In this document: positions 1-12,653 of the stretch, in pieces
How the letters are laid out: the number at the start of each line of letters is the position of its first letter
How positions within the stretch are numbered: the stretch's first letter is position 1
Source of the DNA: Callorhinchus milii
Lineage: Eukaryota
Assembly (NCBI RefSeq): GCF_018977255.1
Contig: NW_024704742.1
Span: 37,450,001 to 37,514,000 of the forward strand
Length of the DNA: 64,000 nucleotides
Reading direction: 5' to 3'
The notes under the pieces: model-generated
The model's input: the letters and a program-made list of their open reading frames with translations, nothing else
Told to the model about the DNA's origin: nothing
The model's database searches: none
Made by a program: the position numbers and the translations under genes

Positions 1-19
1 ATGGCAGTTTGCACCCCAC

Positions 20-222
20 ATAGAAAAAGGAATAGGCCATTCAGCCTCTTGAGGCTGTTCCGCCATTCTATAAAATCATGGCTGATCTGTACCTCAAGTC
101 CAATTACCTGACTTTGCCCCATATCCCTTAGTACCCTGACCTAACAAATAGCTATCCAGCTCAGTCTTGAAAATGTGAATGGATCTAGCATCCACAGCCT
201 TTTGAGGGAGAGAGTTTCAGTA
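20..222 (-). mobile_element. CR1-type LINE 3' end fragment
   Basis: aggccattcagcc...gttccgccattc...tcatggctgatctgtacctc tail also seen at 36620-36740 (-) and 10210-10385 (+). Confidence 0.7.
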
Positions 223-519
223 TACTTGCAGTGTGTGTGACTTTGTGTACCCCGTTTATTTAGTGCACAATTGCTCATGGGAGCTTGCAAATGCAAGACT
301 CCAGTTGATGCCAACTGGAATGGCTGAAACTACCACAAGATAAGATGGTAATGTCTTCACTGACGTGATCAGCGTATGACTGTGTTGCCAGTGACCAAAC
401 AGGATAAGAACAGGCGGGGTTTTCCACACCTTAAGTATGCTCCATATCCACTTGGTGTTGCTACGATTTCTCATCTTTCCACTACTGCAGCTCAACCCCA
501 ACACTGATCCATGGGGCTA

Positions 520-853
520 TAATAATAATCCTTACATTTGATATACCAACTCTCACATCAGGAGGATGTCTCAAAGTGCTTCACAGGTTATTCTGTAAAG
601 TGTATTGACTTTTGTAATATATTTTGTTGGTGAACACAGCAGCATTAATCACAATGTCATTGACCAATTTGATTTGGGGTGGGACACTGAGACCTTCTCT
701 GGTCAAATGGTACCATGGGAGCCTTAATACGCACCTGAACAGGCTAATGTAAGGGTCAGTCTAAGCTATACGAGTTCAAAGTCCTGATGTGGGGCTTAAA
801 ACTACAACCTCTGACTCTGAGGGGGGAACGGTATCAATTGAGTCAAGCTGACA
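520..853 (-). mobile_element. Deu-domain-like tRNA-head SINE
   Basis: Reverse of gtgtcagc..tcaattgg head, cctgttcaggtg core and L2-like tail with (taa)n. Confidence 0.6.
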
Positions 854-3800
854 CAACTAAATGCTCAAAAGCAGAGATTTGTATACGCCAGCACAATAAA
901 TTCACTTTTTCTTTTACAAAAAGCCTAGCAGAAGCTGCCAGACTTTTCTCATTAGGATAATCCTGTACATAGTCTCTGGACAATGACATTGGTTTTATTA
1001 TCTTTTAAGAATGGGTTGTTAGCACATTCTAGAGCTCTTGCGACTGTGAACCCATTAATGAGCATGATGTACAATCAGAGGTTGCTGAACATTGTCCTGT
1101 ACTTTGTGTTGCTAACGTCTGTTGAAAAGCACCTTTGAACACATGTAGCACTGCTGCTTTTAGCTGATGGTTTAGCTGCCAGCAGCAGTGTTGTAAAAGC
1201 AGTGTAGAATGATCATTTGTCAGTGGCACCCTTCACTGCTGCTACTTGTACTAGATTTGGTTTTAACCATCAATTGCATTGCTGCCGCCGGCCTGGTCAG
1301 TCAAGCATGTGTCATCAGTGATGCGCATGCAGCTTTGAATGTGGTGACTACATTGACCACATGGTAAACAATATCTACTGAGGTCCTTTGGATGAGATGC
1401 CAAACTGAGGTCTAGTCTTCCTGTTCAGGTGGATGTTAAGGATGCCATGATACTATTATTAAAAAAAAGGGAATTTCTCCTGAGCAACAATCCCCCTGAT
1501 AAAATTGCTCATCCAATTCTTGGCTGTTTTGGGGACATTGCTCTATACAAATTGGCTACCGTATTCGTCTACAATATATACAGTCACTACACGTTACAGT
1601 AAATCCTGTGAGGAGCTTGACAAAGTGATGAAGTTATATCAAATGCAAGAATTATTATGTAAATGTAACTGATTGTTAAGCAGCCTAGGATTTGTCTAGC
1701 CAGCCCTGCCCTACTCATTAAGTTGTGGTCTATATTTCCAGACTGCCTAGACACCCATCAACAAGTCCCTTTGATTACCATTGAGCTGCCCTCTTTAGTG
1801 ATGGGTGTCTCATTTGGAAGAACCAGTTCATCTGTTACATGTAGTAATAATAATAATCCTTGCATTTGATATAGCACTTTTCACATCTTTGAGACGTGTC
1901 AAAGCACTTCACAGTGCAGTGAATAAAGTGAATTGACTGCATATTTTGTTGGCAAAACACGTGCATGATTAATTGTAAGTCCTGTGCTGGCTATTTTAAG
2001 ACATACAGTATGTGCATTATTTTGATTGTTTCAAGTGAATGTTGTGATATAGTTTGAACTTAGTTGTGTTTGCATTTTGAATGGTTAAATTAAGAAATAA
2101 AATATTACCTTTAAATAGAAATACAATACCATCGAGAACTGAAGGTGCTTTCTTTCAGATGAGATGTTAATTCCAGGCCCCAATTACTCGTTCAGGTGAA
2201 TGTTAAAATTCTCATGGCACTTTTACAAAGAAGAGCAGAAAGTTCTCCCGTTATCCTGGCCAAAGTTCCTGTGTCATTCAAATTCATTAAAAATAATTAA
2301 ATTGGTAATTTGTCTTATTACCGTTTGTAGTACTTTTGCTCGCATACGTTACCTGTCGTGTTTGCTCACATAACATCAGGCTTCAAAGTAATTCATTTTG
2401 TGAAGCCCGTTGAGCCTGTTCATTGTGATAAGGTAGTATTTCACATAGAAGTATTATAACCCCTCTACTGGGAGGTACAACCTGCTCTCTATTAGACAAG
2501 GCTGAACCACTTTATCCCGAGTCTCTGCTGCTTCTTTTAAACAGTGGAATGAAAGTCTTTGTACAAGTACCAATGGAGTGACGTTAGTTATGTGCAATTT
2601 CAGCAAAAAAACATGGGTCGTGGGATTTGGGAGTTATTATTGGCACTTCAATTTGTTTCCCGCCAGTAAAAACAGTTGAGTGCTATCAACAAAAACAACT
2701 ACTACAGAGCAGATTCAGAAGGGGTAAAACTGCAAATTTCTTAAATTAGTATTTTATGACTATGGTATCCTCTCCACCGCTTTTCTCCCCCAGCCCTCAT
2801 TTTCTCTCCCCTTAAAGATATTGATTCCAGCTGACATAAGAAAATCATTCTTACATTGGATATTGCATGTTACCAGATCATCCAAACGTTTCAAAGCGTT
2901 TCCCACGATTTATTATAATGTGCAGTGAATGTATCATTTATAGGCGAAGGTAGCAGCCAATTTGCGCACAGCAATGTCCCACAAACAGCCATGGAGTGAG
3001 TGACCACATTCATTTGGAGGATTGTTGTCAGGACACAGTGAGAAATTCATTTATCTTTTTGAGTAGTGTCATCCACCTGAATCCGCAGTTTCGCATCTCA
3101 ACAACAAACAACAACTTGCATTTATGTGGTGTTCTTCATGCAGGCTCCAAACCGTGACACACCCCATATTTCCCATGTGGGAAATAGAGCCACAATGTTT
3201 TTTCTTTGCTTTTCAATGTGCTGTTTTGGGTCATGACATTGAGTTAGGATGCAACAAGGGGTGGAATAACCTTGCTTGGCTTTTAGCACAAACATTGTGG
3301 AAATGTCACCAAATGCTCACCGATGACTCAGTATATCTATTTTATATATAACAACATATATAACTGTCCAGAGTTAATTTAATTTTGACCTCTCTCTCAC
3401 ACACACATACACACTCTCTCATTCTTTCAAGGAGCTTTCAAATACTATATTTTAAGTACATAAAAGTACCAATAGAATAATTAAAGTGATTATCAGTTTA
3501 TGAATTCAGCTGTAAAAGTGGTAACTCAAAAGTGGTCACAGCTTAGATGGTATGAGTAATAAAGAATACAGTGGAGAGTAGCTTCACTGAGATCGTCTGG
3601 GTTTGGATCTGAAGAACACAATTAAGGGCAGAGTAAACCGAGCAAACAAACTCTGATAACCCTATCTTGGACATTGGGTGCACAAAATGGGAAGGTGGTC
3701 CATATTAGCCCTAACATCCCTCAATTTTGAGTTCAAAATTGTGAGCCAAAAATAATTTTAAGATTCATATGCACTTCCCTGAAATATCTCTGACCAATCT

Positions 3801-4112
3801 GGATAATTTCAGATTTAAAGGGCAGTATCTAGTAAATGGCATAATAGACCATGGCTCTCAGTGCTACAATACCCTTGTTATGTTACATATTTGGAAATGG
3901 TATCTTATGTTGCACCCAAACCACATGATTAGTATTCCAAAGAGGTTTAGTTTCTAGGTCAGCTGGGTGTCTTGATACAAGTGGAAATCACTCCGAGATT
4001 AAATCTACATTTCCAGCTCTCAAAAATTCACACAAGGCCAGTTTCTGTTTGTTAGTTCTGGAGTGCATAATCCCTCCAGGGAGAAGGGTGAGGCAACATA
4101 GCCTTCTGTAGA

Positions 4113-4488
4113 ACACATAAGAACATAAGAAATGCTAGACGAAAAAAAGAGCAACCTCCATCTAGTTTGCCTTCCACCTTCCTGGCGGTCGCATACACAT
4201 ATGTCCCCTTTGTACCCTATACCATAATGTTATTTCCTAAATGAAAACTATCTAATCTGTATTTGAAGGATTCAACGCTTCTTGCTTCAACCGTCTCCCT
4301 AGGGAGCCTGTTCCACAGGTTTACTATTCGCTCACTGAAGTAATGTTTCTGTAGATTTGTTCTGAATTTACCTCCCTTTAATCGCAGGCCGTGTCCTCTG
4401 GTTTTACTATTTTGAAACAGCCTATCATGATCTATATTGTCTAGCCCCTTTAGAATCTTAAAGACAGCAAACATTTTGCCTCTCAAGG
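4113..4488 (-). mobile_element. CR1 LINE ORF2 C-terminus/3' end (older copy, part 1)
   Basis: ORF 4217..4486 (VFKILKG..TRGHGLRL..FSERIVNLWNRLP) is the typical CR1 ORF2 end. Confidence 0.88.
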
Positions 4489-4489
4489 A

Positions 4490-5259
4490 ATAAGGAAGTC
4501 ACATATGTCCTGGAAAATAAAAACCTAAATGGGGTAGAGGAGCAAAGGATCTAGGGGTACATAGACACAATTCACTAAAAGTAGCAACGCAGGTTAATAA
4601 GGCCATAAAAAAGCAAACCAGGAATTGGGGTTCATTTCTAGAGGGATAGAAATGAAAAGCAGGGAATTTATGATAAACTACTATAGAACGTTGGTTAGAC
4701 CACACTTAGAATATTGTGTGCCGTTCTGGTCCCCACATTATACAAGGGATGTGGAGGCACTGGAGAGGGTGCACAGGAGATTCACAAGGCTATCCCAGAA
4801 CTGAGATGTTATGCCTATCAGAAAAAGCTGAACGTACTTGGACTCTTTTCTCTTGAAAAGAGGAGGGTGAGGGGTGACCTGATAGAGGTCTTTAAAATGA
4901 TGAAAGGTTTTGATAGGGTAGACATAGGGACGATGTTTCCACTTGTGGGGGAAAACAAAACCAGGGGCCATCAATATAAACTAGTCACAAATGATCAAAT
5001 AGAGAAGTTGGAAGAAATTTCTTCACACAGAGAGTTGTGGGAATGTGGAACATGCTACCACAAGGAGTCATGGAGGTGAATAGCATAGATGTATTTAAGG
5101 GAAAGCTAGATAGCTACATGAGGGAGAAAGGAATAGAAGGTTATGCTTGAAGGCTTAGTTGAGGAAGAGCAGGAGGAGGCTCATGTGGAGCATAAACACC
5201 GGCCTAGACCAGTTGGGCCAAATGACCTGTTTCTGTGCTGTATATTCTAATGTAATGTA
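4490..5259 (+). mobile_element. CR1 LINE 3' fragment nested inside the minus-strand CR1
   Basis: LFSLEKRRVRGDLIEVFKMMKG..TRGH remnants with frameshifts; tail gggccaaatgacctgtttctgtgctgta. Confidence 0.88.
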
Positions 5260-5720
5260 TTCTCTTTTCCAGCGTGAATATGCCGAAATTACTTAGCAGC
5301 TCCTCATAGTTCAGTCCCTTCATTCCCTAAATCATTTTGGTTGTCCTCTTCTGTATCCTCTTGATTTCTCCCATATCCCTTTTGTACTGCAGCGATCAGA
5401 ACTGTACACAGTACTTTTAAGTTCAGTCTCACCAATGATTTATACAGTGGCAGGATTACCCCATTATTTTGGCTTGCCATTGATCTTTTGATACATCCCA
5501 ACATCTGGGTTGCTTTACTCACTGCCACAGAGCACTGTTGCGAGAACTTCAATTTATTGTCAATCAGGACCCCCAAGTCCTTTTCATTTTCGATACATAT
5601 TATTTTCCTTCCGTTCAAATAATAGTCTCTTCCAGGATTTTTTGTGAAGTACTTTACATTTCTCCATATTGAATTTCATCTGCCACTGGTCTACTGAATT
5701 CCCAAGTATGTTCAAATCAT
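5260..5720 (-). mobile_element. CR1 LINE ORF2 remnant (older copy, part 2)
   Basis: EKDLGVLID..QQC..KA..MLGCIKR..LYKSLVR; WQMKFNMEKCKVLH. Confidence 0.85.
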
Positions 5721-7124
5721 ACTTTTGCAGGTTAACATTAGGGATCCCAAAGTGGTCTCTCAGCAGTATTTTAATGAGATTTGACAGTGCGCAACTGACC
5801 AAACAGATTTTGCGCCTCCCAGGCTGTTTTTTTTTATTATTTAAAATTTGAACGAGGCTGGTTGCAGCATAGTTTTGAACCCAAGTATTATATTCTCAAA
5901 TGAACAAACCCATATAATACTTCAGAAATTATCAGGCAGATTTTGTAAAACTATCACTGTTCATGGATTTTAAATGAGGTTCATTTTGGTCTTCAAAAAA
6001 GCATTAAGTGTAGATGGTTTACCACCACATTCAGCATTATCGCTTGTGATTTTATTAAAAACTTTTATTAAAAACTTGCAGTGAGTCAGTTGGGCAGTTA
6101 AATTTATTTCCCGAGTCTTTGTGGATGATTGCTGTCATTGGCCTGAGGTTTCAGCTGCACTTTATTTATTATTATGTTACTGGTTACCTCACCTTGCTGA
6201 CAGTCACGCTCACAAAAATACACTTTACAGTAAATCCTGTGAAGTGCTTTGAGATTTCCTCCAAACATGAAAGGTGCTATATCAAATGCAAGGATTATTA
6301 TTATTACTACTCTTACTTCAGCAGAATGCTTGTCACTAGAATCTATATGCCTGTTTTTTGCTCACCCTGTAGTGTTGCATACCTGAGAGAATCTTACTCC
6401 ACACCAACCGTTCTGGAGTTTTATGGGATTTTCTGCCACATAAAAAAATAAATATTTCCAACAGTAAATACCGGGGTAATAATCCCTTTTTTTAAAAAAA
6501 TGTGGTCACTCAATCCACGACACTTGTGGGACACTAATGTGAGCAATTGGCTGCCACAAAACACAGTCAATTCACTTTATAGTATATTTTGTGAAGCGCT
6601 TTGAGACATTTCGAAGACATGATAAGGCACTATAGCAAATGCAAGGATTATTATTTTTATTTTCACCAATGATCTGACTTTGTGCAGATCAAAAAATTAT
6701 CAATGTTATTCACTAGCAAAATGGTCAAATACAATAACCTAAACATGAAAAGAAACCTGTAACTGTATGACATATCTTAGAATCTGTCAGATTGCTTGTA
6801 TTGAACAGTTTCTCTTCCCCCTTAAAATAAAAGTTCCTCACTTTCGAAATTCCCAATTTTGGTTAACACACAATGTGTTCACCATTTCCTTCTCTGTCAA
6901 CACTAATCCTGTTAAATAGCATCTTTTATTGGGCAGCCTGAAAGAATGGAAAATGTGCCCTCTACCTCAACTTTACTGCTTTTTCATTCTGGAGGGCAAG
7001 TGAAATCTTGACCTTTTTGTTTCTTTGAATTTGCTTGGTAATTTCCTACAGTGTCAGACCTCCACTGTTGAATTTGTAATTTTAGAGTGTCATCCCATGC
7101 TACGCATAGGCCTTTTTAAAAAAA

Positions 7125-7340
7125 ACTCCCTTTTCCGAAGTAATGACTTCTGTTGAGGTACTGTTGTACAGGTACCAGGTACCATCAATCAAGTAACTAC
7201 TTGTCATGCATGATTGTAGCCAGTTAGCTTTGACAGGCCATATAACCTGGGGACAGGGAAATTGTAGCTGAGCTCAGTGCTATTCTCCCACCAAATCCAC
7301 ACAAGGGTCACTTGCCAGCCAATTGGAGGTAGGGAGCCAC
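7125..7340 (-). mobile_element. LF-SINE-like fragment
   Basis: Degenerate reverse match to the recalled LF-SINE 3' half. Confidence 0.45.
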
Positions 7341-7349
7341 TATTATACA

Positions 7350-7504
7350 CAGTAAACTCCTGATAACTCAGCACTCCAAAGGTAAAGGGCTCAGTGACGC
7401 ATTATTCTGAGTGGTGAGTTAGGCATATGCATAAATATTGACAGCATGATGATTTAAGTGGTAGTGACAAGTTCAGCCAGACTTGAGTTATCAGGAATTC
7501 ACTG
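7350..7504. mobile_element. Tc1/mariner(Tigger)-like MITE
   Basis: TIRs cagtaaactcctgataactca / tgagttatcaggaattcactg; related copy at 36490-36809. Confidence 0.7.
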
Positions 7505-8113
7505 GATAGAAAAAATATGTATATGTGTGTGTATATTACCAACAAAGACATCAAGGGAGCATGTGTCGTATTTATCAATTGCTCATACCGATTTCTAAAT
7601 TGAGATGAGGAGAGAAAGAAGATCTTTACATACATAAGTGTGTTTTTTAACGAACAAAATAGTCAGTTAAAGAAGGCAGGTTCTAAAGTATCCATAAACT
7701 CACACATCGTTTTCTTTTTCTAACATTTGGAATTGGATAAGATGCTGTTGTTTGTCAGATAAAATTGCCGGAAAATAGTTAACTGCTTAGTTCACAAAAG
7801 ACTTTACAATATTGAAGCTAGGAGCTAAATATTAGTTATTTAGTTGTCCATTAACTTGATGGCACCCATTAACTGTCTAGGAAAATAAGGCATTTTAGAA
7901 ACATCGGCATGTACAGGAATGTACCAAATGGCTGGTCTGAAAGTTGAAAAACAATTGTGCACTACTCCAACTTTCTTGGACCTCAACAAATTTCTTTGAC
8001 ACATCACTATCCAATTCCATCTTGAATTTGCGTTTACGATGTGTAATCAGGTTTTTGGTCAACTTTGAACTGGGATTCAACCTTTCAAGTCTCATACCCC
8101 TTTTACTGAAATT

Positions 8114-8520
8114 ATTTTTTGGTCAGCAGATGTCTGACACGTGGAAATCTGGCATCTTGGTTCAGACTGTGCAAATCAGCCAGAGTTCCACATATGTAAG
8201 CCACCTACACATGGAAATGCCCCTGTGTCTGGAATGGAGCATGTACTCTTCCCAGAGGACACCCTTTGCTGATTCCATTCCAGAGAATATTAGGCGCAGA
8301 TTGGCAAGATCCAAGGTTTGGGGACCCCAGAGTGTGTGTTGGGGTACTGCTGAAGTCTCCAACCAGCTAAAAATGCAGAGCCTGCCATTGATAGCACTGT
8401 CTGGCAACCTTCCCACTGCTTGTCCTGCTAGGACCACCCTACACTTCAGGGCTTTGGCTTGTAAGGTTGACAGGAGCTGACTGGGAGGATTCCCTGAACC
8501 CATTGATTGCTGTGCCCCTC
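8114..8520 (-). repeat. Unclassified interspersed repeat with A-tail (family U)
   Basis: T-run plus ggtcagc..gtgtctgacac end; shared with copies at 3957, 16782, 30570, 33470, 37590, 38715, 53474, 57774. Confidence 0.7.
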
Positions 8521-8637
8521 CAAGTAAAAAAAAAAGTAACCCACTGCAACAGTCTACCCAAGAAAAATGTATTTAGTCTGTTTATTAATGTCAAAAAAAA
8601 CTTAAAACTGAATACTTCCAATTTTCATTTCTTTCAG

Positions 8638-8682
8638 GAAACATTATCTAATGAAGCCAACTGTGTTGAAGAAATTCTCAAG
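8638..8682 (+). CDS. AFF1: AF4/FMR2 family member 1, first coding exon in window (ETLSNEANCVEEILK); gene 5' end is upstream of the window
   Basis: ttttcatttctttcag acceptor, AAG|gtaaga donor; 45 nt, phase 0/0; resembles the AFF-family SNEVHCVEEILK segment. Confidence 0.9.
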
Positions 8683-9389
8683 GTAAGATCGACCTTATTA
8701 CTGTTTTACACGCTGCCTAGTTTAATGTTACATGTTCCATTGTCTAACATTTTGCATTCTGCCTTAGATTTGTACTGCTCCATCACTGCTGCCATCGACG
8801 AAGGGTAACTTGACACTATACTGAGTCATATTGCTTTCAGCAGTATTTTATCAAACTAATTGCTCAATAGCTTTTCCCAAGTCTATTGTCGGTAAGGAAT
8901 CTGCTTATAGTGGTGTTCTAATACTTCAATCTACTGTAATAGGCTCATGAACTAGAACTTCTGGAATAGTTATTTACTCTGATTCCAGCACTTCAATGAA
9001 TAATTTGAAGTGCAGCACTCACATCTCAAACTCACTCATATTCTCTTTCTTGCTATCTCTTGCACATGCACACTTACTCTCTCACTCTCACACACACCCA
9101 CACTGTTTTGGGACTTAAATTCCAAGGAATGTTTGTTTACTGACTGGAACAGAGGAAATATTAAAGTTCACTCAATCAGCAGGAGAAGCTAACTGTAATA
9201 TTGTAGTGAACTGTACTTTGTTTTTGCCATTAATCTTGTCCTTTTTCACTCTTCACAGTTTTATATTTTATGTATGTAAGCACAATTTTTGTTGTGGCAC
9301 TCAATTGTCAAAAACTTTATTGATATTGAGGCATATTAAGACTGGTGATTTCAGCTTTTCTCATATAACTCCTAAGTGATTGTACTGAT

Positions 9390-9780
9390 AATAACATAAT
9401 GAACTCTGTATTTGATATCACGCCTTATCACATCGAAAGATCTCAAGCATATTTGTAAGAGAATATGACAAGTGATTTGTACACAGCAGTAACCCATAAA
9501 CAGCCATAAAGCAAATGACCATTTTTTTTATTTGGGAATTTGTAGGCCAGGATGCCAGGAATAACTCCTTTCACTTAGCAAACCGTGCTAATGGGTTCTT
9601 TAACAAATGGGACTTTGGTTTAATGTCTCGTCCAAAGCACAGCATCTCCCAACAATGCAGCTCTCCCCAGAACTGTGTTGGAGTGCTAGCCTAAACTATG
9701 AGCTCAAAGCTCCTGATATTGGGTTTGAACCTACAAACTTTCTGATTCAGAGACGAGAGTTCTACCAACTAAGCCAGGCC
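9390..9780 (-). mobile_element. Deu-domain-like SINE
   Basis: Reverse head (ttgaacctacaaacttctgattcagag..ctaccaactaagccagg), core and tail. Confidence 0.65.
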
Positions 9781-12129
9781 CACCTAAGGACCACTTGTTA
9801 AAAAGAAGCAATCTAGTGTTAAAAGAAAAAATAGCCATCTTCCAGGTCATTGGATCACCATCAATGTGACTGGCTGTTTGCTGCGCATGCACATAACCCA
9901 GATATCGGACACTTTTTTAAGCACAAGATGTTAAATTGGTTGACTCGGGGATGATTAGGTTGCCATTGATGTCATTTCTTGCCAAGTGGCTTGTACAGCC
10001 ACCTATTACTCCTGGGTGTTGATCATTTTTGCTTCCCACATTTAAAAAAATGGTGGGTAACATCTGGATCCTACTCATGTGAAGGAAACAGGAAGAGACA
10101 TTGGCAGTGACTCCATGACATGGAAGTTGGCTGGAACTGACCAGCATACAAGGAGTGAGTTGACCGGCTGCACAAGCGTGCAGTTAATATAGCACACAGT
10201 TGAACCACATTATAAGCCAATTTAGATTTAAGATGGAGGTAGATAAATATTTGTTCGGTCAGGGTATGAACGGCTGTGGGGTAAGGGCAGGTTACTGGAC
10301 TTGAGGTACAGATCAGCCACGATCTATAAAATGGCGGAACAGGCTTGAGGGGGTGAATAGTCTACTCCTGTTTCTATGTCTATGTATCCTATTTATGTAA
10401 TTTGTGGTATAGTGAAATGTATTATAATGGGGCTACAGTGTAGTTTTAATGCATTCGTCAGTACAGCACTAATTTGTACAGTGGTGCCAGTAGGGAATGT
10501 ACAGTTATACAGGGAGAGAAACACGATGGCAATGGAGCTCCACGCTTGCCTGGTGTGTGCTTTCCCAGGTACTGGCAGAAGAGGTGACAGTCCTGTAGAA
10601 ATTAGACAGTGGAATATGGAATGGCAATAGGCTGCAGCTCTATCCACAACAACAGCAGGGCTACATTAAATTTGATTACTAATGCTTTCTATGCTTACAG
10701 TTTACAAGTTACTGGGGAAAAAATATTGAAACAAAGGGAATTGGCCATACAATATCAGCACATTCCTATAGGATTTATAGGTCTACTTTCGGGAACTGTA
10801 CCTATCACAGTTGTAATATAACAGAATGAGCAAGTTGGAGAAAATGGTTTTATGGTTTAGTTTTGTGGCTTGCATTGCCTCAGTCATACAGCAATGTCTC
10901 TTATTACCACAGAGTATACAGAAACACTGTACATAAAAGGCGTTTATAAATGTTATCCTCCCACATTGATTCAGATTTGACGAATAGGATGTTCAGCAGT
11001 TGTGGACTATTTCTCAAATTACTTAAAATGTGTCTTGACACATTTGATTGAAGTGACTGGAGATGAACTGACCGTAGATTAACTATTTTGAACTAAACTG
11101 AACCGAAGAGGAATTAGTGTTTTATGGTAAGAAATACTGTCAAAAGGAAATTATAGACTGGAATCCTCTCTGCTTAGTACTGTTTTCTGATCAACTCATA
11201 GGGACATTTTGTTTCAGGAAATGGCTAGTTATTGGTGAGTAAACATAAGAGTTAAGAGTTCGGAGGAGCCAAAGATTGCCATCTTTCTGTAGAAGCAGAA
11301 GTGAAACTTGCTGCTGCTTCAAGCCCTTTTTGTTTTGACTCTGCATTTGTTAACCATTTAAATACATCAACTTGGTAAGTCCAGTCTACACAGGCCTTCC
11401 AGGAAATACAGCGACTTGCACTCCGAGGCATCTGAGTTTTCTTATTTCAGATTTTCAAAAACTGATTAACCAATACAATGTGCCTGGAGAAGATATACTT
11501 ACTCACATAGCTTGAATGGGCTTAGTCGCAGTCAGCATTGAATTAACCACAACTGTCACATTTGGAGGTAGAGCAAGGAACTAAACCATTTTTTATCCTT
11601 CTCAAAGAGTCTGTCTTCCTGAAGTTTGATATTGTCATGAGATGCAAGCTGTAATGAACATTGGGTAATGTTCCAATAGCCTTGCAAGACAAGTTATGCA
11701 ACCCTGCTTGTAATTGCACTCCTGAGGAAACCTTGTTATGTCTGTGATTTCAAATGTGTCCCTGCCATTATGGAAGTATCATTCCTGTGTAATTTGCTTA
11801 TATTGACACGCGTAAAGTATCACTACCCCTTTTTTGCGTGTCCGCTGGTTATATTGGCTTCTGGGATGCATATTACCCTTAACAAGAGGTATTTAGAAGC
11901 TTATGAAAGGCTTTTCATAGGTATTTGTCCTAAGGAATCTATTTTGTAGGAGAAATTTTATATTGTGGGATGTGAAGAGGCGTGTAAAATGAGGTTGGTG
12001 TTCAGGAATCACTTCTGTATATTTGCGGAAAGGTGTGAATGTGAATGGCTTTTCTGTAGTGTGTGTGTGGTGGGGGTGGGGGGGTGGGTGTGGGGGAGAA
12101 TCAATCCCAGAGAATTTAATAACTAGAAG

Positions 12130-12500
12130 GTGTCAGGCTGGATCAGTTGGTAGCACTCTCTCGCCTCTGAGTCAAGACTCTGAGCTCATAGGGCAGGTTG
12201 GCATTCCAGTGCAGTACTGGGGGAAGCGCTGCATTGTCAGAGCTGCTGTACTTCAGATGAGATGTAGAATTGATGCAGATGAGATCCATTTGCTCGTTTA
12301 GGCAGACTTTAAAGATCCCATGGCACTATTTGAAAAGAGAAGGGAGTTTCTCCCGATGTCCTGACCTCAGCATTCCCCCCCACCCCCCTCCCAATCCCAA
12401 ATTAAATTGGTCAAACACTCTATGACTAATTGTGGGACATTGCTGTGCTCAAATTGAATGCTGCATTCGCCTATAAATACAGTCACTACAATCTACAGTG
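12130..12500 (+). mobile_element. Deu-domain-like SINE
   Basis: gtgtcaggctggatcagttggtagcactctcgcctctgagtca head; aaagatcccatggcactattt core. Confidence 0.7.
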
Positions 12501-12653
12501 CTTTCTCCATTCTCCACAAGCCACGCAGGAGGGTGAATGGAAGCCAGTGTCACCATGGCTCACTGGACTTTTTGTCTGTCCATTTTTTTATTGAAGATTG
12601 GTTTTCCCCAAAACTTTCCTAGACAAAATACCCACTCCACTCACTATTAGTGC

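Noticed and set aside
7944..8503. 178 aa (+) and 113 aa (-) ORFs
   Set aside because: They overlap the family U repeat, are not open in other copies and show no recognisable domain.
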